Assembly: GCA_963787125.1 (NCBI GenBank) | Contig: CAWBBV010000016.1 | Coordinates: 96,001 to 160,000 of the forward strand | Direction of reading: 5' to 3' | DNA: 64,000 nucleotides | Source: an uncultured delta proteobacterium | GTDB taxonomy: Bacteria > Desulfobacterota > Desulfuromonadia > Geobacterales > DSM-12255 | Shown here: positions 1 to 9,841 of the stretch, piece by piece | How the letters are laid out: each line of letters begins with the position of its first letter | Position numbering within the stretch: the stretch's first letter is position 1 | Notes under the pieces: model-generated | Databases searched by the model: none | Seen by the model: only the letters and a program-made list of their open reading frames with translations | Told to the model about the DNA's origin: nothing | Translations under genes and position numbers: made by a program

Positions 1-138
1 AAAAAGGAATAAAGAGTTATGCATAAAGAAAACCGTCGCATGGGTACATCCTAAAATTCATGTGACTTTTAAGCGAGAAACAAAATGTACAATAACGAGT
101 TGATCGCTGAATGAGGTTGTGCGTTTAAGGAGAAACCT

Positions 139-1005
139 GTGGATCTAGCGATAAATGTCTTGCTAGTTTTTTCTGGCGCAGTAACGGCAATAGCAGCAAT
201 TGGCGGAGTAACATGGCACCCCGGGACACAGTCACTGGCCAAGCGAATCACATCGCGCGGGTGGGTGTCGATAATAGCACTCATAGCGACGGTTGTGTGC
301 GGTACTGTAAAAGAAATAACCACGAAATCAGATTCGGCACGTGCGGAAGCAACGATCGCCCGACTTGAGAAAAACACGAAAGCTGAGGCGGCACGTGCAG
401 AAGAAACTACCGCCCGACTTGAAGGTCAACTCACTGAAGCTCGCCTGCAACTTGACGAGAATCGACGTATTTTGCGCAATGTAGTTTTATCGAGCCAGCC
501 GTCTGAACATGTGATGGATCAAGTCATGAAAACCGTGAAGGAAGTCGCACGAGAAAAAGGCTTTGCAACAGAAATTACTGGATACATGAGCTACACTCAT
601 TTCAACTTCCTAAATGACAGAGGCCGAGTTGGGTTCTTTGCATTGAGTAAGGAAACGGTTGCAGAGCTTTCAATCCTGCCTGAAAAAAAGCTTCGCTCAG
701 CAATTTCCACAAGGCTGTTTGGCAAGTGGGGCCGCGATCAGCTTGACGCCGATTGGGAAGTAATTTCGACCGAACTTCAGAGTATAGTGAGACCCATCGT
801 TCAAAATCGTTTCAATTCTGAAGCGATCTCCATATGGCCAGCACGAGATCATTCATCCATCGTGTTCTATCCCATGGACGTAAAGAGTAATCAGCTATCT
901 AAGACTCGTCTGATATTCACTCGTCAGGAACTTATAGACCTGCTCTCTTCCCCCCCTTACATTCGAAGTGCAATCGTGGCGACGCGATCAGAAACACTCA
1001 AATAG
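139..1005 (+). CDS. Hypothetical membrane protein (two N-terminal hydrophobic segments, then coiled-coil-like region)
   Basis: 288-aa ORF with GTG start and AAGGAG RBS; no recognised family; accessory context. Confidence 0.65.
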   Translation: MDLAINVLLVFSGAVTAIAAIGGVTWHPGTQSLAKRITSRGWVSIIALIATVVCGTVKEITTKSDSARAEATIARLEKNTKAEAARAEETTARLEGQLTEARLQLDENRRILRNVVLSSQPSEHVMDQVMKTVKEVAREKGFATEITGYMSYTHFNFLNDRGRVGFFALSKETVAELSILPEKKLRSAISTRLFGKWGRDQLDADWEVISTELQSIVRPIVQNRFNSEAISIWPARDHSSIVFYPMDVKSNQLSKTRLIFTRQELIDLLSSPPYIRSAIVATRSETLK

Positions 1006-1103
1006 TTTCTTACAATTCGAAGAAGGATGAGGATCATCATTCCAAATAACAAATGGAAAAAAATATGATGTCAAGGCTTACGACCTGCCCGAAAACCCTG
1101 CTG

Positions 1104-1166
1104 GAATTCGGGGGGCATAATGGAATAAACCGTTTCCCCTAAATAGTATTATGTCCCTAGAAATTC
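1104..1166. repeat. Imperfect inverted repeat (REP/REPIN-like), GGGGGCATAAT...ATTATGTCCC
   Basis: GAATTCGGGGGGCATAAT (1104-1121) pairs imperfectly with ATTATGTCCCTAGAAATTC (1148-1166). Confidence 0.5.
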
Positions 1167-1408
1167 AAGCTAAGTGACGAACTACCTTCCAAGCCGCTAT
1201 TGGCGGCACAGCGCGCACTGCGTGTCCCTGCCGTTCAGCTGGTTAATTCTGCAAAAGTATAACCAGGAAGTTGGACCGGAGTACCGCGAATATGCCGGAG
1301 AAGATTTGTTATTGTCTTTGAATTCAAAGCGTTATATCTTCAAAGTAGAATTTTAGATGCCAATGCGCTTGGATTTGGGGAAGGACAGTGGAAAAGGGGG
1401 CAGATAGT

Positions 1409-1627
1409 ATGCGAGTTGAAGCGATAGTGAAAAAAGGCGGCTGGTTCATACCCCACCCAGGAATTGAAATTGGCAAGCAAAAACATATTCTTCTCGATAT
1501 AACCCCCGTTACCACAGATGAAGTCTCGGATGATGCGTTTGTACAAGCAGCCGGTATGTTGAAAAAAACCACAATTGACGGAGTCACCTTTCAGAAAAAA
1601 ATGCGGAAAGAATGGGACGGGCGGTAG
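1409..1627 (+). CDS. Putative VapB-like antitoxin
   Basis: Small ORF ending DGVTFQKKMRKEWDGR; its stop overlaps the start of a PIN-domain fragment. Confidence 0.6.
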   Translation: MRVEAIVKKGGWFIPHPGIEIGKQKHILLDITPVTTDEVSDDAFVQAAGMLKKTTIDGVTFQKKMRKEWDGR

Positions 1628-1728
1628 TGTACCTGATCGACACAAATATAATCATTTACTACCTTGGAGGCGAGCAAGCCGCCGTCTCGTTTTTACGCAC
1701 CCACAGGGGGCAACTGGCAATTTCGTAA
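1627..1728 (+). pseudogene. Truncated VapC/PIN-domain toxin
   Basis: GTG overlaps the antitoxin stop; reads VYLIDTNIIIYYLGGEQAAVSFLRTHRGQLAIS* (PIN N-terminal DTN motif), stops after 33 codons. Confidence 0.7.
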
Positions 1729-1993
1729 ATTTACGGATTTTAGACCGGCTGACAAACAGGGTCGTGGCTCAACTTCGCAAGATACAAGAGTTGACTCACG
1801 GCTCTTTTTTTTAATTCCAGGAGAGATCTCGGGTTGCCATGTAAATCAGAATTGACGTGTTCGATTTTCATGGAGTGCCAGAGTATAACGCCCTTCACAT
1901 ATTCACATTTACTTCCCGACGAGGGGATAAAGATCATCACGTTGCGCACTTCAAACTGCGACTTCAAATTGTTGAGTGACGACAAATATAACC

Positions 1994-2022
1994 TTGACAC
2001 TATATAGCACGAAAGCTATTGT
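1994..2022 (+). promoter_or_regulatory. Sigma70 promoter of the RelE/HTH pair with overlapping palindromic operator
   Basis: TTGACA-17 bp-TATTGT; ATAGC-N6-GCTAT inverted repeat overlaps spacer and -10. Confidence 0.55.
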
Positions 2023-2041
2023 CTTATTAGGGAAATGAAAT

Positions 2042-2389
2042 ATGGTGTGGAAAATTGTTACGGTTGAATACTTCGACGATTGGTTTCTCGGCTTGGAGGC
2101 TTCGGAGCAGCAAGATGTGTTGGCCGCTGTATTGGTTCTTGAGCAATACGGCCCTACGTTAGGCAGACCCCACGTTGATAGCCTCAAAGGAACTGACAAG
2201 GTAAAGAACCTGAAAGAACTTCGCGTTCAACACAAAGGCAAACCGTACCGGGTATTTTTCGCCTTTGATCCTCTCCGCCAGGCCGTAATGCTGTGTGGCG
2301 GTGACAAAACCGGAAATAAACATTTTTACGAAATTATGATCCCTATTGCAGAGAGTGAATTTCTGAACTATCTGCAAGAACTGGAGTGA
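2042..2389 (+). CDS. Type II toxin, RelE/HigB-like (Gp49-like)
   Basis: GPTLGRPHVDSLKG...LKELRV...YRVFFAFDP...LCGGDK motifs; upstream of an HTH gene. Confidence 0.88.
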   Translation: MVWKIVTVEYFDDWFLGLEASEQQDVLAAVLVLEQYGPTLGRPHVDSLKGTDKVKNLKELRVQHKGKPYRVFFAFDPLRQAVMLCGGDKTGNKHFYEIMIPIAESEFLNYLQELE

Positions 2390-2392
2390 GTT

Positions 2393-2695
2393 ATGGCAAA
2401 GCAACTTTCGGATTTAATAAAAAAAGTAGACCCGACTGTAGTCGCAGCAGCACGTGTTCAGGCAAATCAGGAAATTTTTGAACTCCGCCTTGCTCAATTA
2501 CGGCAAACGGTTGAGATGTCGCAACACGATCTGGCTGTTGCCTTGGGCATCTCCCAGCCTTCAGTCGCTAACCTGGAGAAACGCGGCCACGAAGTAAAAA
2601 TATCTTCTCTGAAGCGGTATATTGAAGCACTCGGCGGCAAGCTGTCTCTGGATGTTGAACTGGCGGATGGTCGTCACATCGGCATAAACGTTTAG
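2393..2695 (+). CDS. XRE-family HTH antitoxin (HigA-like)
   Basis: LRQTVEMSQHDLAVALGISQPSVANLEK helix-turn-helix; 3 bp after the toxin. Confidence 0.88.
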   Translation: MAKQLSDLIKKVDPTVVAAARVQANQEIFELRLAQLRQTVEMSQHDLAVALGISQPSVANLEKRGHEVKISSLKRYIEALGGKLSLDVELADGRHIGINV

Positions 2696-2840
2696 CGCTT
2701 CTTCCTCACAGTGAATAAGACAGGCTAAAAGGTCATGAGTCAGCTTCTAAAATATCGAGGGTGACAAACGACCTTTTTTATTGAAAAGCTTCGCGTATGG
2801 TAAAACTGATCGGAACGGATTTCAGAGGGAAACGGCAACA

Positions 2841-3491
2841 ATGAAAATCGGCATACTCGGCGGCACCTTCAACCCCATCCATAATGCTCACCTGCGCGTG
2901 GCAGAGACGACCCGCGACCGACTCGGGCTTGACCGGATCATGTTCATACCGGCGGCAACCCCGCCCCACAAGCCGCTCGACGGGGAGATATCGTTTCTGC
3001 ATCGCCAGGCCATGGTGGAGATTGCCATCGCCGACAACCCGCATTTCACAGTTTCCGATATGGAGCAGCAGCGCGGCGGAACCTCCTACACTGTCGATAC
3101 TCTTCGAGACCTGCGGCTCTCTGCGCCTGCTGACGAGTTTTTTTTCATCATCGGCAGCGACTCCTTTCTGGAGATTTCTTCATGGTACTGCTTCGCCGAT
3201 ATCTTCAACTTATGCAATATAGTGGTGGTGGAACGCCCCGAAGCGATCATTTCAGAGCTGACTCTGCCGCTTCCTGTTGCCATAAGGTCTGAATTCTGTT
3301 ATATTCCCAACGAGATGCGCCTGACCCACCGGTCAGGCTTTTCCGTTTTTTATCTTCCCGACACGCCGCTTGCCATTTCATCAAGCGCTGTCCGCCAACT
3401 GGTCAGGGAAGGACGGTCAATCCGCTACCTGGTTCCTGACAGGGTTGCCCGCTACATTTCAGAAAAAAGGATTTTTTTAAATGACCGTTAA
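2841..3491 (+). CDS. nadD: Nicotinate-nucleotide adenylyltransferase
   Basis: GILGGTFNPIHNAH (HxGH-like) and ISSSAVR motifs; nadD-rsfS-rlmH synteny; ATG at 2841 preferred. Confidence 0.95.
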   Translation: MKIGILGGTFNPIHNAHLRVAETTRDRLGLDRIMFIPAATPPHKPLDGEISFLHRQAMVEIAIADNPHFTVSDMEQQRGGTSYTVDTLRDLRLSAPADEFFFIIGSDSFLEISSWYCFADIFNLCNIVVVERPEAIISELTLPLPVAIRSEFCYIPNEMRLTHRSGFSVFYLPDTPLAISSSAVRQLVREGRSIRYLVPDRVARYISEKRIFLNDR

Positions 3492-3867
3492 ACCAACAAT
3501 TTCAACAGATGACCGCGCCATCAAGTGTGCCGCCCTGGCGCTGGACAAAAAAGCCTTCGATGTGAAAGTACTCGACATCAGGGGGCTTTCCACCATCGCT
3601 GACTACCTCGTCATTGCCACCGGCACCTCCGACAGACAGGTGGTTGCCATTGCCGATTCGGTGCGCACCGGCCTGAAAAAATACGGCAAAGCCATTGACA
3701 TGGAAGGGGCAAAGGAAGGCAAATGGATCGTTATTGACTACGGCGATGTCATTATGCATGTCTTTTTGGAAGAGATGCGCAGTTACTATGACCTTGATGA
3801 ACTCTGGGGAGCTGCCCGGCAGGCTAAAATACCGGCAGAATATCTCTGGGAGGGTAAGGGGCAGTGA
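3481..3867 (+). CDS. rsfS: Ribosome silencing factor
   Basis: DKKA...DYLVIATG...WIVIDYGDVIMHVF...YYDLDELW. Confidence 0.95.
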   Translation: MTVKPTISTDDRAIKCAALALDKKAFDVKVLDIRGLSTIADYLVIATGTSDRQVVAIADSVRTGLKKYGKAIDMEGAKEGKWIVIDYGDVIMHVFLEEMRSYYDLDELWGAARQAKIPAEYLWEGKGQ

Positions 3868-4325
3868 AGCTCCGTCTGCTCTGGGTCGGCAGAACCCAGG
3901 AAGCCTGGGTGAAGGCGGGTATTGATGAGTATGCGGGCAGGGTAAGGCGCTATTCGCCGTTGGAAGTAACCGAAGTCAAGGAAGAGAAAGGCGTGCTACC
4001 TGAGCAGATGCGCCAGCGTGAATCAGAACGGATCGAAAAGCTCCTGCCGAAAAACGGCCGCCTCATCCTCCTCGACGAGGCCGGTGAACAGTTTAACTCC
4101 CCCGCCTTTGCAGACCTTGTGGGTAAGTACCGTGACAACAGCACCCCGGAGCTGGTTTTTGTCATCGGCGGCGCCTACGGCTTCTCCGGGGAGCTCCGCA
4201 GCAGAGCCGACCGCCTTATCTCCCTTTCAAAAATGACCTTTACCCACCAGATGATCCGCCCCTTTTTTCTCGAACAGCTCTACCGGGCGTTTACGATACT
4301 GAATAATGAAGGTTATCATCATTAG
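3864..4325 (+). CDS. rlmH: 23S rRNA pseudouridine-1915 N3-methyltransferase
   Basis: FVIGGAYG...SLSKMTFTHQM...EQLYRA...YHH SPOUT motifs. Confidence 0.95.
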   Translation: MKLRLLWVGRTQEAWVKAGIDEYAGRVRRYSPLEVTEVKEEKGVLPEQMRQRESERIEKLLPKNGRLILLDEAGEQFNSPAFADLVGKYRDNSTPELVFVIGGAYGFSGELRSRADRLISLSKMTFTHQMIRPFFLEQLYRAFTILNNEGYHH

Positions 4326-4399
4326 ATAAAAGGATTGCAGACTGCAGGTTCAACCTATAAATGCTGTAAATATAAGCCATGTTTTTACGGAGACATACC

Positions 4400-5929
4400 A
4401 TGCACAAGAAACCGCTGGTTTTAATGATTCTCGACGGCTGGGGAATAAACCCCGATTCCGCCAACAACGCCGTGGCGCTGGCAAAAACACCGAATCTTGA
4501 CGCTCTCATCGCCACCTATCCCCACACGCAGATCAAAACATCCGGCATGGCCGTCGGTCTCCCAGAAGGGCAGATGGGCAACTCGGAAGTGGGGCATCTG
4601 AACATCGGCGCGGGCCGGGTCGTGTATCAGGATCTCACCCGCATCAGCAAGGCGATAGCCGATGGCGAGCTCTGCCAAAACCGGGTCCTGCTTGACTGCA
4701 TGAAAAAAACTGACGCTGCCGGCGGCCGCCTGCATCTTGCAGGACTGCTTTCAGACGGTGGCGTCCACTCCCACAACACCCACCTGTACGGGCTGCTTGA
4801 CCTTGCCCGAAAAGAAGGCCTCAAGGAGGTGTTCATCCACTGCTTCATGGATGGCCGGGACACCCCTCCAAAAAGCGGCGCCGGCTACCTGGCCGAGCTG
4901 GAAGCGGAGATTAAGAAAATCGGCTGCGGCACCATAGCTACGGTCATCGGCCGCTACTATGCCATGGACCGGGACAACCGCTGGGATCGGGTTGAAAAAG
5001 CCTACCGGGCGATTGTCTGCGGCGATGGCGACAAAGCGGCCTCAGCAGCGGCGGCAGTAGCTGCCAGCTATCAGGCCGAGCTGACGGATGAGTTCATTCT
5101 GCCGACTGTTATTGACGGCGTCGACGGCACGGTAAAAGACGGCGACGGCTTCATCTGCTTCAACTTCCGCTCTGACCGGGCCAGAGAGATAACCAGAGCA
5201 CTCGCCCTGCCCGACTTCGACGGTTTTGACCGTGGCACCCCACCGGCCCTGGCATCCTACGTCTGCCTGACCGAATACGACGCCACCTTCGGCCTGCCGA
5301 TCGCCTTCGGCCCTGAATCACTGACCAACATCCTCGGCGAACTGCTGGCAAAATCGGGCAGGACGCAGCTCCGGATCGCCGAAACGGAAAAATACGCCCA
5401 TGTCACCTTCTTCTTTAACGGCGGCATTGAAGAGCCGTTTGCCGGCGAAGAGCGCGCCCTGATCCCCTCGCCGCAGGAAGTGGCAACCTACGACCAGAAA
5501 CCGGAGATGAGCGCCTACCTGGTAACGGCTGAGCTGCTGCAGCGGCTTGATTCCGATAAGTATGACGTCGTCATCCTCAACCTTGCCAACTGCGACATGG
5601 TCGGGCATACCGGCAAACTGTCTGCAGCCATACAGGCGGTGGAAGCGGTTGACGCCTGCGTCGGCAGAATCACCGCCAACATCCTGGCAAAAGGGGGCAC
5701 GGCCCTCATCACCGCTGATCACGGTAATGCCGAGCAGATGGCGGATGACAACGGCGGGCCGTACACGGCCCATACCTGCAACCCGGTCTGGCTGGTACTG
5801 GTGGATGAGGCCAGGAAGAGCGCCCACCTGCGTGACGGTGGACGGCTGGCCGACATCGCCCCGACCATGCTGGACATTCTCGGCCTGGCAAAGCCGATGG
5901 AGATGACCGGGGTGAGCCTGCTGAGCTGA
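4400..5929 (+). CDS. gpmI: 2,3-bisphosphoglycerate-independent phosphoglycerate mutase
   Basis: [45 protein letters not shown]. Confidence 0.97.
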   Translation: MHKKPLVLMILDGWGINPDSANNAVALAKTPNLDALIATYPHTQIKTSGMAVGLPEGQMGNSEVGHLNIGAGRVVYQDLTRISKAIADGELCQNRVLLDCMKKTDAAGGRLHLAGLLSDGGVHSHNTHLYGLLDLARKEGLKEVFIHCFMDGRDTPPKSGAGYLAELEAEIKKIGCGTIATVIGRYYAMDRDNRWDRVEKAYRAIVCGDGDKAASAAAAVAASYQAELTDEFILPTVIDGVDGTVKDGDGFICFNFRSDRAREITRALALPDFDGFDRGTPPALASYVCLTEYDATFGLPIAFGPESLTNILGELLAKSGRTQLRIAETEKYAHVTFFFNGGIEEPFAGEERALIPSPQEVATYDQKPEMSAYLVTAELLQRLDSDKYDVVILNLANCDMVGHTGKLSAAIQAVEAVDACVGRITANILAKGGTALITADHGNAEQMADDNGGPYTAHTCNPVWLVLVDEARKSAHLRDGGRLADIAPTMLDILGLAKPMEMTGVSLLS

Positions 5930-5948
5930 CCGTAATATCCCCGAGACC

Positions 5949-5984
5949 AAAAAACCCTTCTGCAGTCTGCGGAAGGGTTTTTTT
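5949..5984. terminator. Bidirectional intrinsic terminator
   Basis: AAAAAACCCTTCTGCAG...CTGCGGAAGGGTTTTTTT between convergent genes. Confidence 0.85.
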
Positions 5985-6060
5985 GCGCTTCATGCCGTGC
6001 TATCTTACTGCTCCAGCGGCTGGTTCAAGGGGCTGCCACAGGTTACCGTGTCAACCGTCC

Positions 6061-6846
6061 CTACCGCTCCATCCTGGAGATCATATACGTGCGCACTGTC
6101 GTGGCGGCCTCAGCACAGCCGGGTTGTCCCGGCAGCAGAGCGGCAAGCGTTTCAATATACCCCAGCCCACTCAATATCCGGAAGGACTCCGCAAAATTCA
6201 GATCAAAAACCCATGAAAGCTGCAGTAGTTTGAAGTCATCGACCGTTGCCAGCAGGCTGCGGCTCAGCATCCTTCCGGCCGTGACCTCAGCCAGAGCCTG
6301 CTGCGAGCAGGCGCCGGTGTCCGGAAGCTCCCAGATCACAGCAGAACTGCGCTCCTCTGCCCCGGCGGTACAGTATTCGATCAGCACCCGCCAGATATCC
6401 AGCTTGTCGGCGTCGCGAATCAGCCGGGCGAAGCGGCGGACAGCCGGAGGGAGATTTTCCGGCAGGACGAAAACATTATGCAGCGCCACCGCCTGCAACA
6501 GCAGGCGAGACTGTTCAGGGTCAAGACCGGCGAGTCCCCCCTCACCCTTGAGCGTCCTTACAGCCAAACCCGCATGGTTGGTGGAGGTCGCGTCGTTGAA
6601 GGTGGCGTAATCCCGGTACTGGGGGAAACGTCCGACATCGTGACAGATGGCGATGGCAGCAGCCAGTCTCCGCTCCGCCGGCGGAAGTTCCAGCGCTTCT
6701 GCCAGACGCTCGATGATGGCGCGAACCCGGAAGGTATGGTCAATCTTCAGATCATAGTTACGCTGCCCGTCAGGAGATTTTGCCTGGAAAGTGGCGACAA
6801 ACCTGTCAAACCAGGCGGCGATCGCGTTTAGCTGCAATATTGTCAT
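6061..6846 (-). CDS. HD-domain phosphohydrolase
   Basis: KIDHTFRV...CHDVGRF...RDADKLD. Confidence 0.85.
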   Translation of the reverse strand: MTILQLNAIAAWFDRFVATFQAKSPDGQRNYDLKIDHTFRVRAIIERLAEALELPPAERRLAAAIAICHDVGRFPQYRDYATFNDATSTNHAGLAVRTLKGEGGLAGLDPEQSRLLLQAVALHNVFVLPENLPPAVRRFARLIRDADKLDIWRVLIEYCTAGAEERSSAVIWELPDTGACSQQALAEVTAGRMLSRSLLATVDDFKLLQLSWVFDLNFAESFRILSGLGYIETLAALLPGQPGCAEAATTVRTYMISRMER

Positions 6847-6997
6847 TAAAGTATCCCCTTTTTTGCCGCAAAGAATGTAGCGGGAACCGCTAAAGTCGTC
6901 AACGGCAAACGACTAATTTATAATATGAGTGTATAATTCCTTCGTTAGTGTCTTCAGGCATACACGTTTTCAGGATTATCAAGCAGGGGGTGGCCTC

Positions 6998-8269
6998 ATG
7001 CCAGACCGGATCTTCGACGTCATCATTATCGGTACCGGCCCGGCGGGTCTCGGAGCCGCTTTTCACCTCAGCGAGCTGTCGCCGTCGTTTTCCATCCTTA
7101 TGATCGACCGGGATCAGATCTGCTCCGGCGGCCTGCTAAACGACTGCAAACAAAACTACACCTATCCCATCGGCTTTGCCACCGACAACTGGACTAAAGA
7201 GGAGGCCGAGCGGCTTCTCCCGGTGGTGGAACGCTGCCTGCAGCCGACTATCAAGGAGAAACAGAATCTGGAAATATACCGGCGGCGGGCGGAACGGCTC
7301 GGCGTAACTCTCATCGACATCCGCCAGGCCCATGTGGGCACCGACCGCAGCCGGATACTGATCCGCCGCCTCCTTGATGAACTGGCGCAGCGCGGGGTTC
7401 AGTTCATGTTGAAACGGGAGGTGACTGATGTCAGCGAGGCTGCTGACGGTACGGCGCTTGTCACTATCGGCGCGGAAATGCTACGCGGCCGGAAGGTGAT
7501 CGTCGCCCCGGGCCGCAAAGGGTTCAGCTTTCTGCAAGGAGTGATGGAGAGGGTGGGCATCGACTACATCGACAACGTGGTGGATGTGGGCATCCGTGTC
7601 GAGACAACGCTCAACAACTACCCCATCGTCAACGATTACTACGACCCCAAGTTTCTCTTCCCCGACGGGGTACGCACTTTCTGTACCAACTCGGGGCATG
7701 CGCGGGTGGTGCTGGAGCGTTATCAGGGTTTCAGCCTAGTCAACGGTCATGCCCTCTCCGAGGAGCAGCAGGGGAACAGTCTGGTAAATTTTTCCCTCCT
7801 CAAGACCATTGGTTTGAGAGATCCGGTCCGCAGCGGTCAACAGATGGCGATCTTTCTCGCCACTCTGGCCAACGAAATCGGTGGCGGCAGACCGCTCATG
7901 CAGAGGGTGGGTGATTTCCGCATGGGCAAACGCTCCACCGCCGAAACCTTTAACGAAGATCTTTACGCTTTCCCTCCCAGCTGCCCGGTGACTGCCGGTG
8001 ATCTCGGGCTCGCCGTACCGGCCAAGATCATGCGCCACCTCTGGGCGGCATTGAAAAAACTCGACACCATAGTCCCCGGCATCCTCCACCCGAGCACCAT
8101 CATGTACTACCCGGAGATCAAGATGTACGCCAACAAACCGGCCTTCCTGGACGGCCATTTCCGGGTCAGCAGCAATGTCTACATGGTCGGCGACGGCGCC
8201 GGCACCTCCCGCGGCATAACCGGCGCCTGGGCCAGCGGCATCAGAGCGGCAGAGGGGATACTGCGGTAA
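6998..8269 (+). CDS. FAD/NAD(P)-dependent oxidoreductase
   Basis: IIGTGPAG Rossmann motif; C-terminal VGDGAGTSRGI; ATG 6998 after a G-rich RBS. Confidence 0.85.
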   Translation: MPDRIFDVIIIGTGPAGLGAAFHLSELSPSFSILMIDRDQICSGGLLNDCKQNYTYPIGFATDNWTKEEAERLLPVVERCLQPTIKEKQNLEIYRRRAERLGVTLIDIRQAHVGTDRSRILIRRLLDELAQRGVQFMLKREVTDVSEAADGTALVTIGAEMLRGRKVIVAPGRKGFSFLQGVMERVGIDYIDNVVDVGIRVETTLNNYPIVNDYYDPKFLFPDGVRTFCTNSGHARVVLERYQGFSLVNGHALSEEQQGNSLVNFSLLKTIGLRDPVRSGQQMAIFLATLANEIGGGRPLMQRVGDFRMGKRSTAETFNEDLYAFPPSCPVTAGDLGLAVPAKIMRHLWAALKKLDTIVPGILHPSTIMYYPEIKMYANKPAFLDGHFRVSSNVYMVGDGAGTSRGITGAWASGIRAAEGILR

Positions 8270-8350
8270 CGCTTCACTCCGTTTTCCCCTCCCCGCCGGC
8301 GATTGTTGAACGTCGTGATATCTGCCGCTTGCCTGGGTGCCAATCTTTTT

Positions 8351-8379
8351 TTGACATTACCGTGTTTCCGTTATACATT
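8351..8379 (+). promoter_or_regulatory. Candidate sigma70 promoter for the HD-GYP regulator
   Basis: TTGACA-17 bp-TACATT. Confidence 0.4.
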
Positions 8380-8508
8380 GGCTTGATTGGAAAATATTTA
8401 TTGTTGCCAACCACTCTCAAATCTGGAAGTGCAACTGCAACGCAGTTTTACCGACTCAAATTTGTAGTAAGTTGACCGTTAAATTTTCAGCCTCTGTGGA
8501 GCCGCTAA

Positions 8509-9540
8509 ATGAGTGACATAATCCTGTTCGTCGATGACAGCAAACTTGTTCTGGAAGTCGCCAGAGATCTGTTCCGCACGCAAGGATTTGAAATCTTAAC
8601 CGCTGAAAACGCCAAGGAAGCTCTGGAGCTTTTCCAACACCATGAGATCGCTGTTGTGGTCTCAGACAACCGGATGCCGGGAATGTCCGGGCTGGAATTT
8701 CTCAGCAAGCTGAAAGATATCGCACCGGAAACGGTCAAAATTCTCATGACCGGCCATGCAGACCTGGCCAGTGCCCTGGAAGCGATCAATAAAAGCGGGG
8801 TCTACCGGTTCATGGTCAAGCCGTGGACAAATGAAGATATGTTCGACGCTGTCAAGGAGGGGATGCTCCATCATAATCGCCTCAATTCGCTGCGCAAGGA
8901 ACATGAAGACGTGCTCTGCTCACTGGCACAGGCGATAGAGTTGAAAGATCCCTCCACAAGAGGTCATTGTGACCGCGTTGCCATCTTTGCCCTGCTGATC
9001 GCAGATGTCCTCCATTTGTCCAAGCATATGAAACGCGAGATAAAATACGGCAGCTGGCTCCACGACTGCGGCAAGATCGGCATTTCCGAGGCTATTTTAA
9101 ACGGCAGTCAGCAGCTGAGTAATGAAGAATTTATCACGATGCAACAGCATGCCGGCTGGGGCGCTGACGTCGCTGCCAAGGCAAATCTGTCCCAGACGGT
9201 ACGTAACATAATTTACTATCATCACGAAAAATATGACGGCAGCGGTTACCCGACCGGCCTTGCCGGCAGCAAGATCCCTCTTGAAGCCAGGATCGTGGCG
9301 GTGGCTGATGTTTATGATGCACTCATAACTGACCGTCCTTACCGCAAGAAACACACTCCGGAAGAGACTGTCAAGATCCTGCGGTCCATGAAGGGTTCTG
9401 CGCTCGACCCTGAGCTTATTGACCTTTTCCTCTCTCTTATCAGTTCGGAAACAGCTCAAGTTGAGCCACTGGCAGCAGCAGCGGCGCAGGCATCCTGCCG
9501 TTTTCCGGCTGAAGTGCGGCTGAGTCTGGTTCCAAGGTAG
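8509..9540 (+). CDS. Response regulator with HD-GYP cyclic-dinucleotide phosphodiesterase domain
   Basis: Receiver FVDD...SDNRMP...KPW; LHDCGK and HHEKYDGSGYP motifs. Confidence 0.92.
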   Translation: MSDIILFVDDSKLVLEVARDLFRTQGFEILTAENAKEALELFQHHEIAVVVSDNRMPGMSGLEFLSKLKDIAPETVKILMTGHADLASALEAINKSGVYRFMVKPWTNEDMFDAVKEGMLHHNRLNSLRKEHEDVLCSLAQAIELKDPSTRGHCDRVAIFALLIADVLHLSKHMKREIKYGSWLHDCGKIGISEAILNGSQQLSNEEFITMQQHAGWGADVAAKANLSQTVRNIIYYHHEKYDGSGYPTGLAGSKIPLEARIVAVADVYDALITDRPYRKKHTPEETVKILRSMKGSALDPELIDLFLSLISSETAQVEPLAAAAAQASCRFPAEVRLSLVPR

Positions 9541-9718
9541 CAAACCTGCATTGACACTCAAACATCCCTGCTTATTCCTCTAAAAAGCCATTGCCACCAA
9601 CTATCCCGATAATTGCAACCACCTTCCCTTAAAACCTGAGTTATCCCGCTAGCGCCATCATCGTTTTGCATTACAACCAACTGCTTCAGCTTTTCAGATT
9701 ACCTCGCTGCAAAATATC

Positions 9719-9734
9719 TGGACTATAAATTGCA
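9719..9734 (+). promoter_or_regulatory. Candidate sigma54 (-24/-12) promoter for the cytochrome operon
   Basis: TGGACTATAAATTGCA: GG-N10-GC spacing with TTGCA, about 108 bp upstream of the ATG. Confidence 0.45.
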
Positions 9735-9841
9735 AAGATTTAAAAAACTTTAATAAGATTTTTATTAAAACCTCAGGAGCAGCAAATTATCGGCTAAATA
9801 TTTCCATATATTTTAAGAGAAGATTTTCGGGAGATTGTCAA

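Noticed and set aside
1174..1356. 60-aa ORF after the left palindrome
   Set aside because: No RBS or recognisable motif; may be a gene fragment.
9541..9841. Cyclic-dinucleotide (GEMM) riboswitch upstream of the cytochrome
   Set aside because: No GEMM-like two-hairpin motif recognised; the region is AT-rich.
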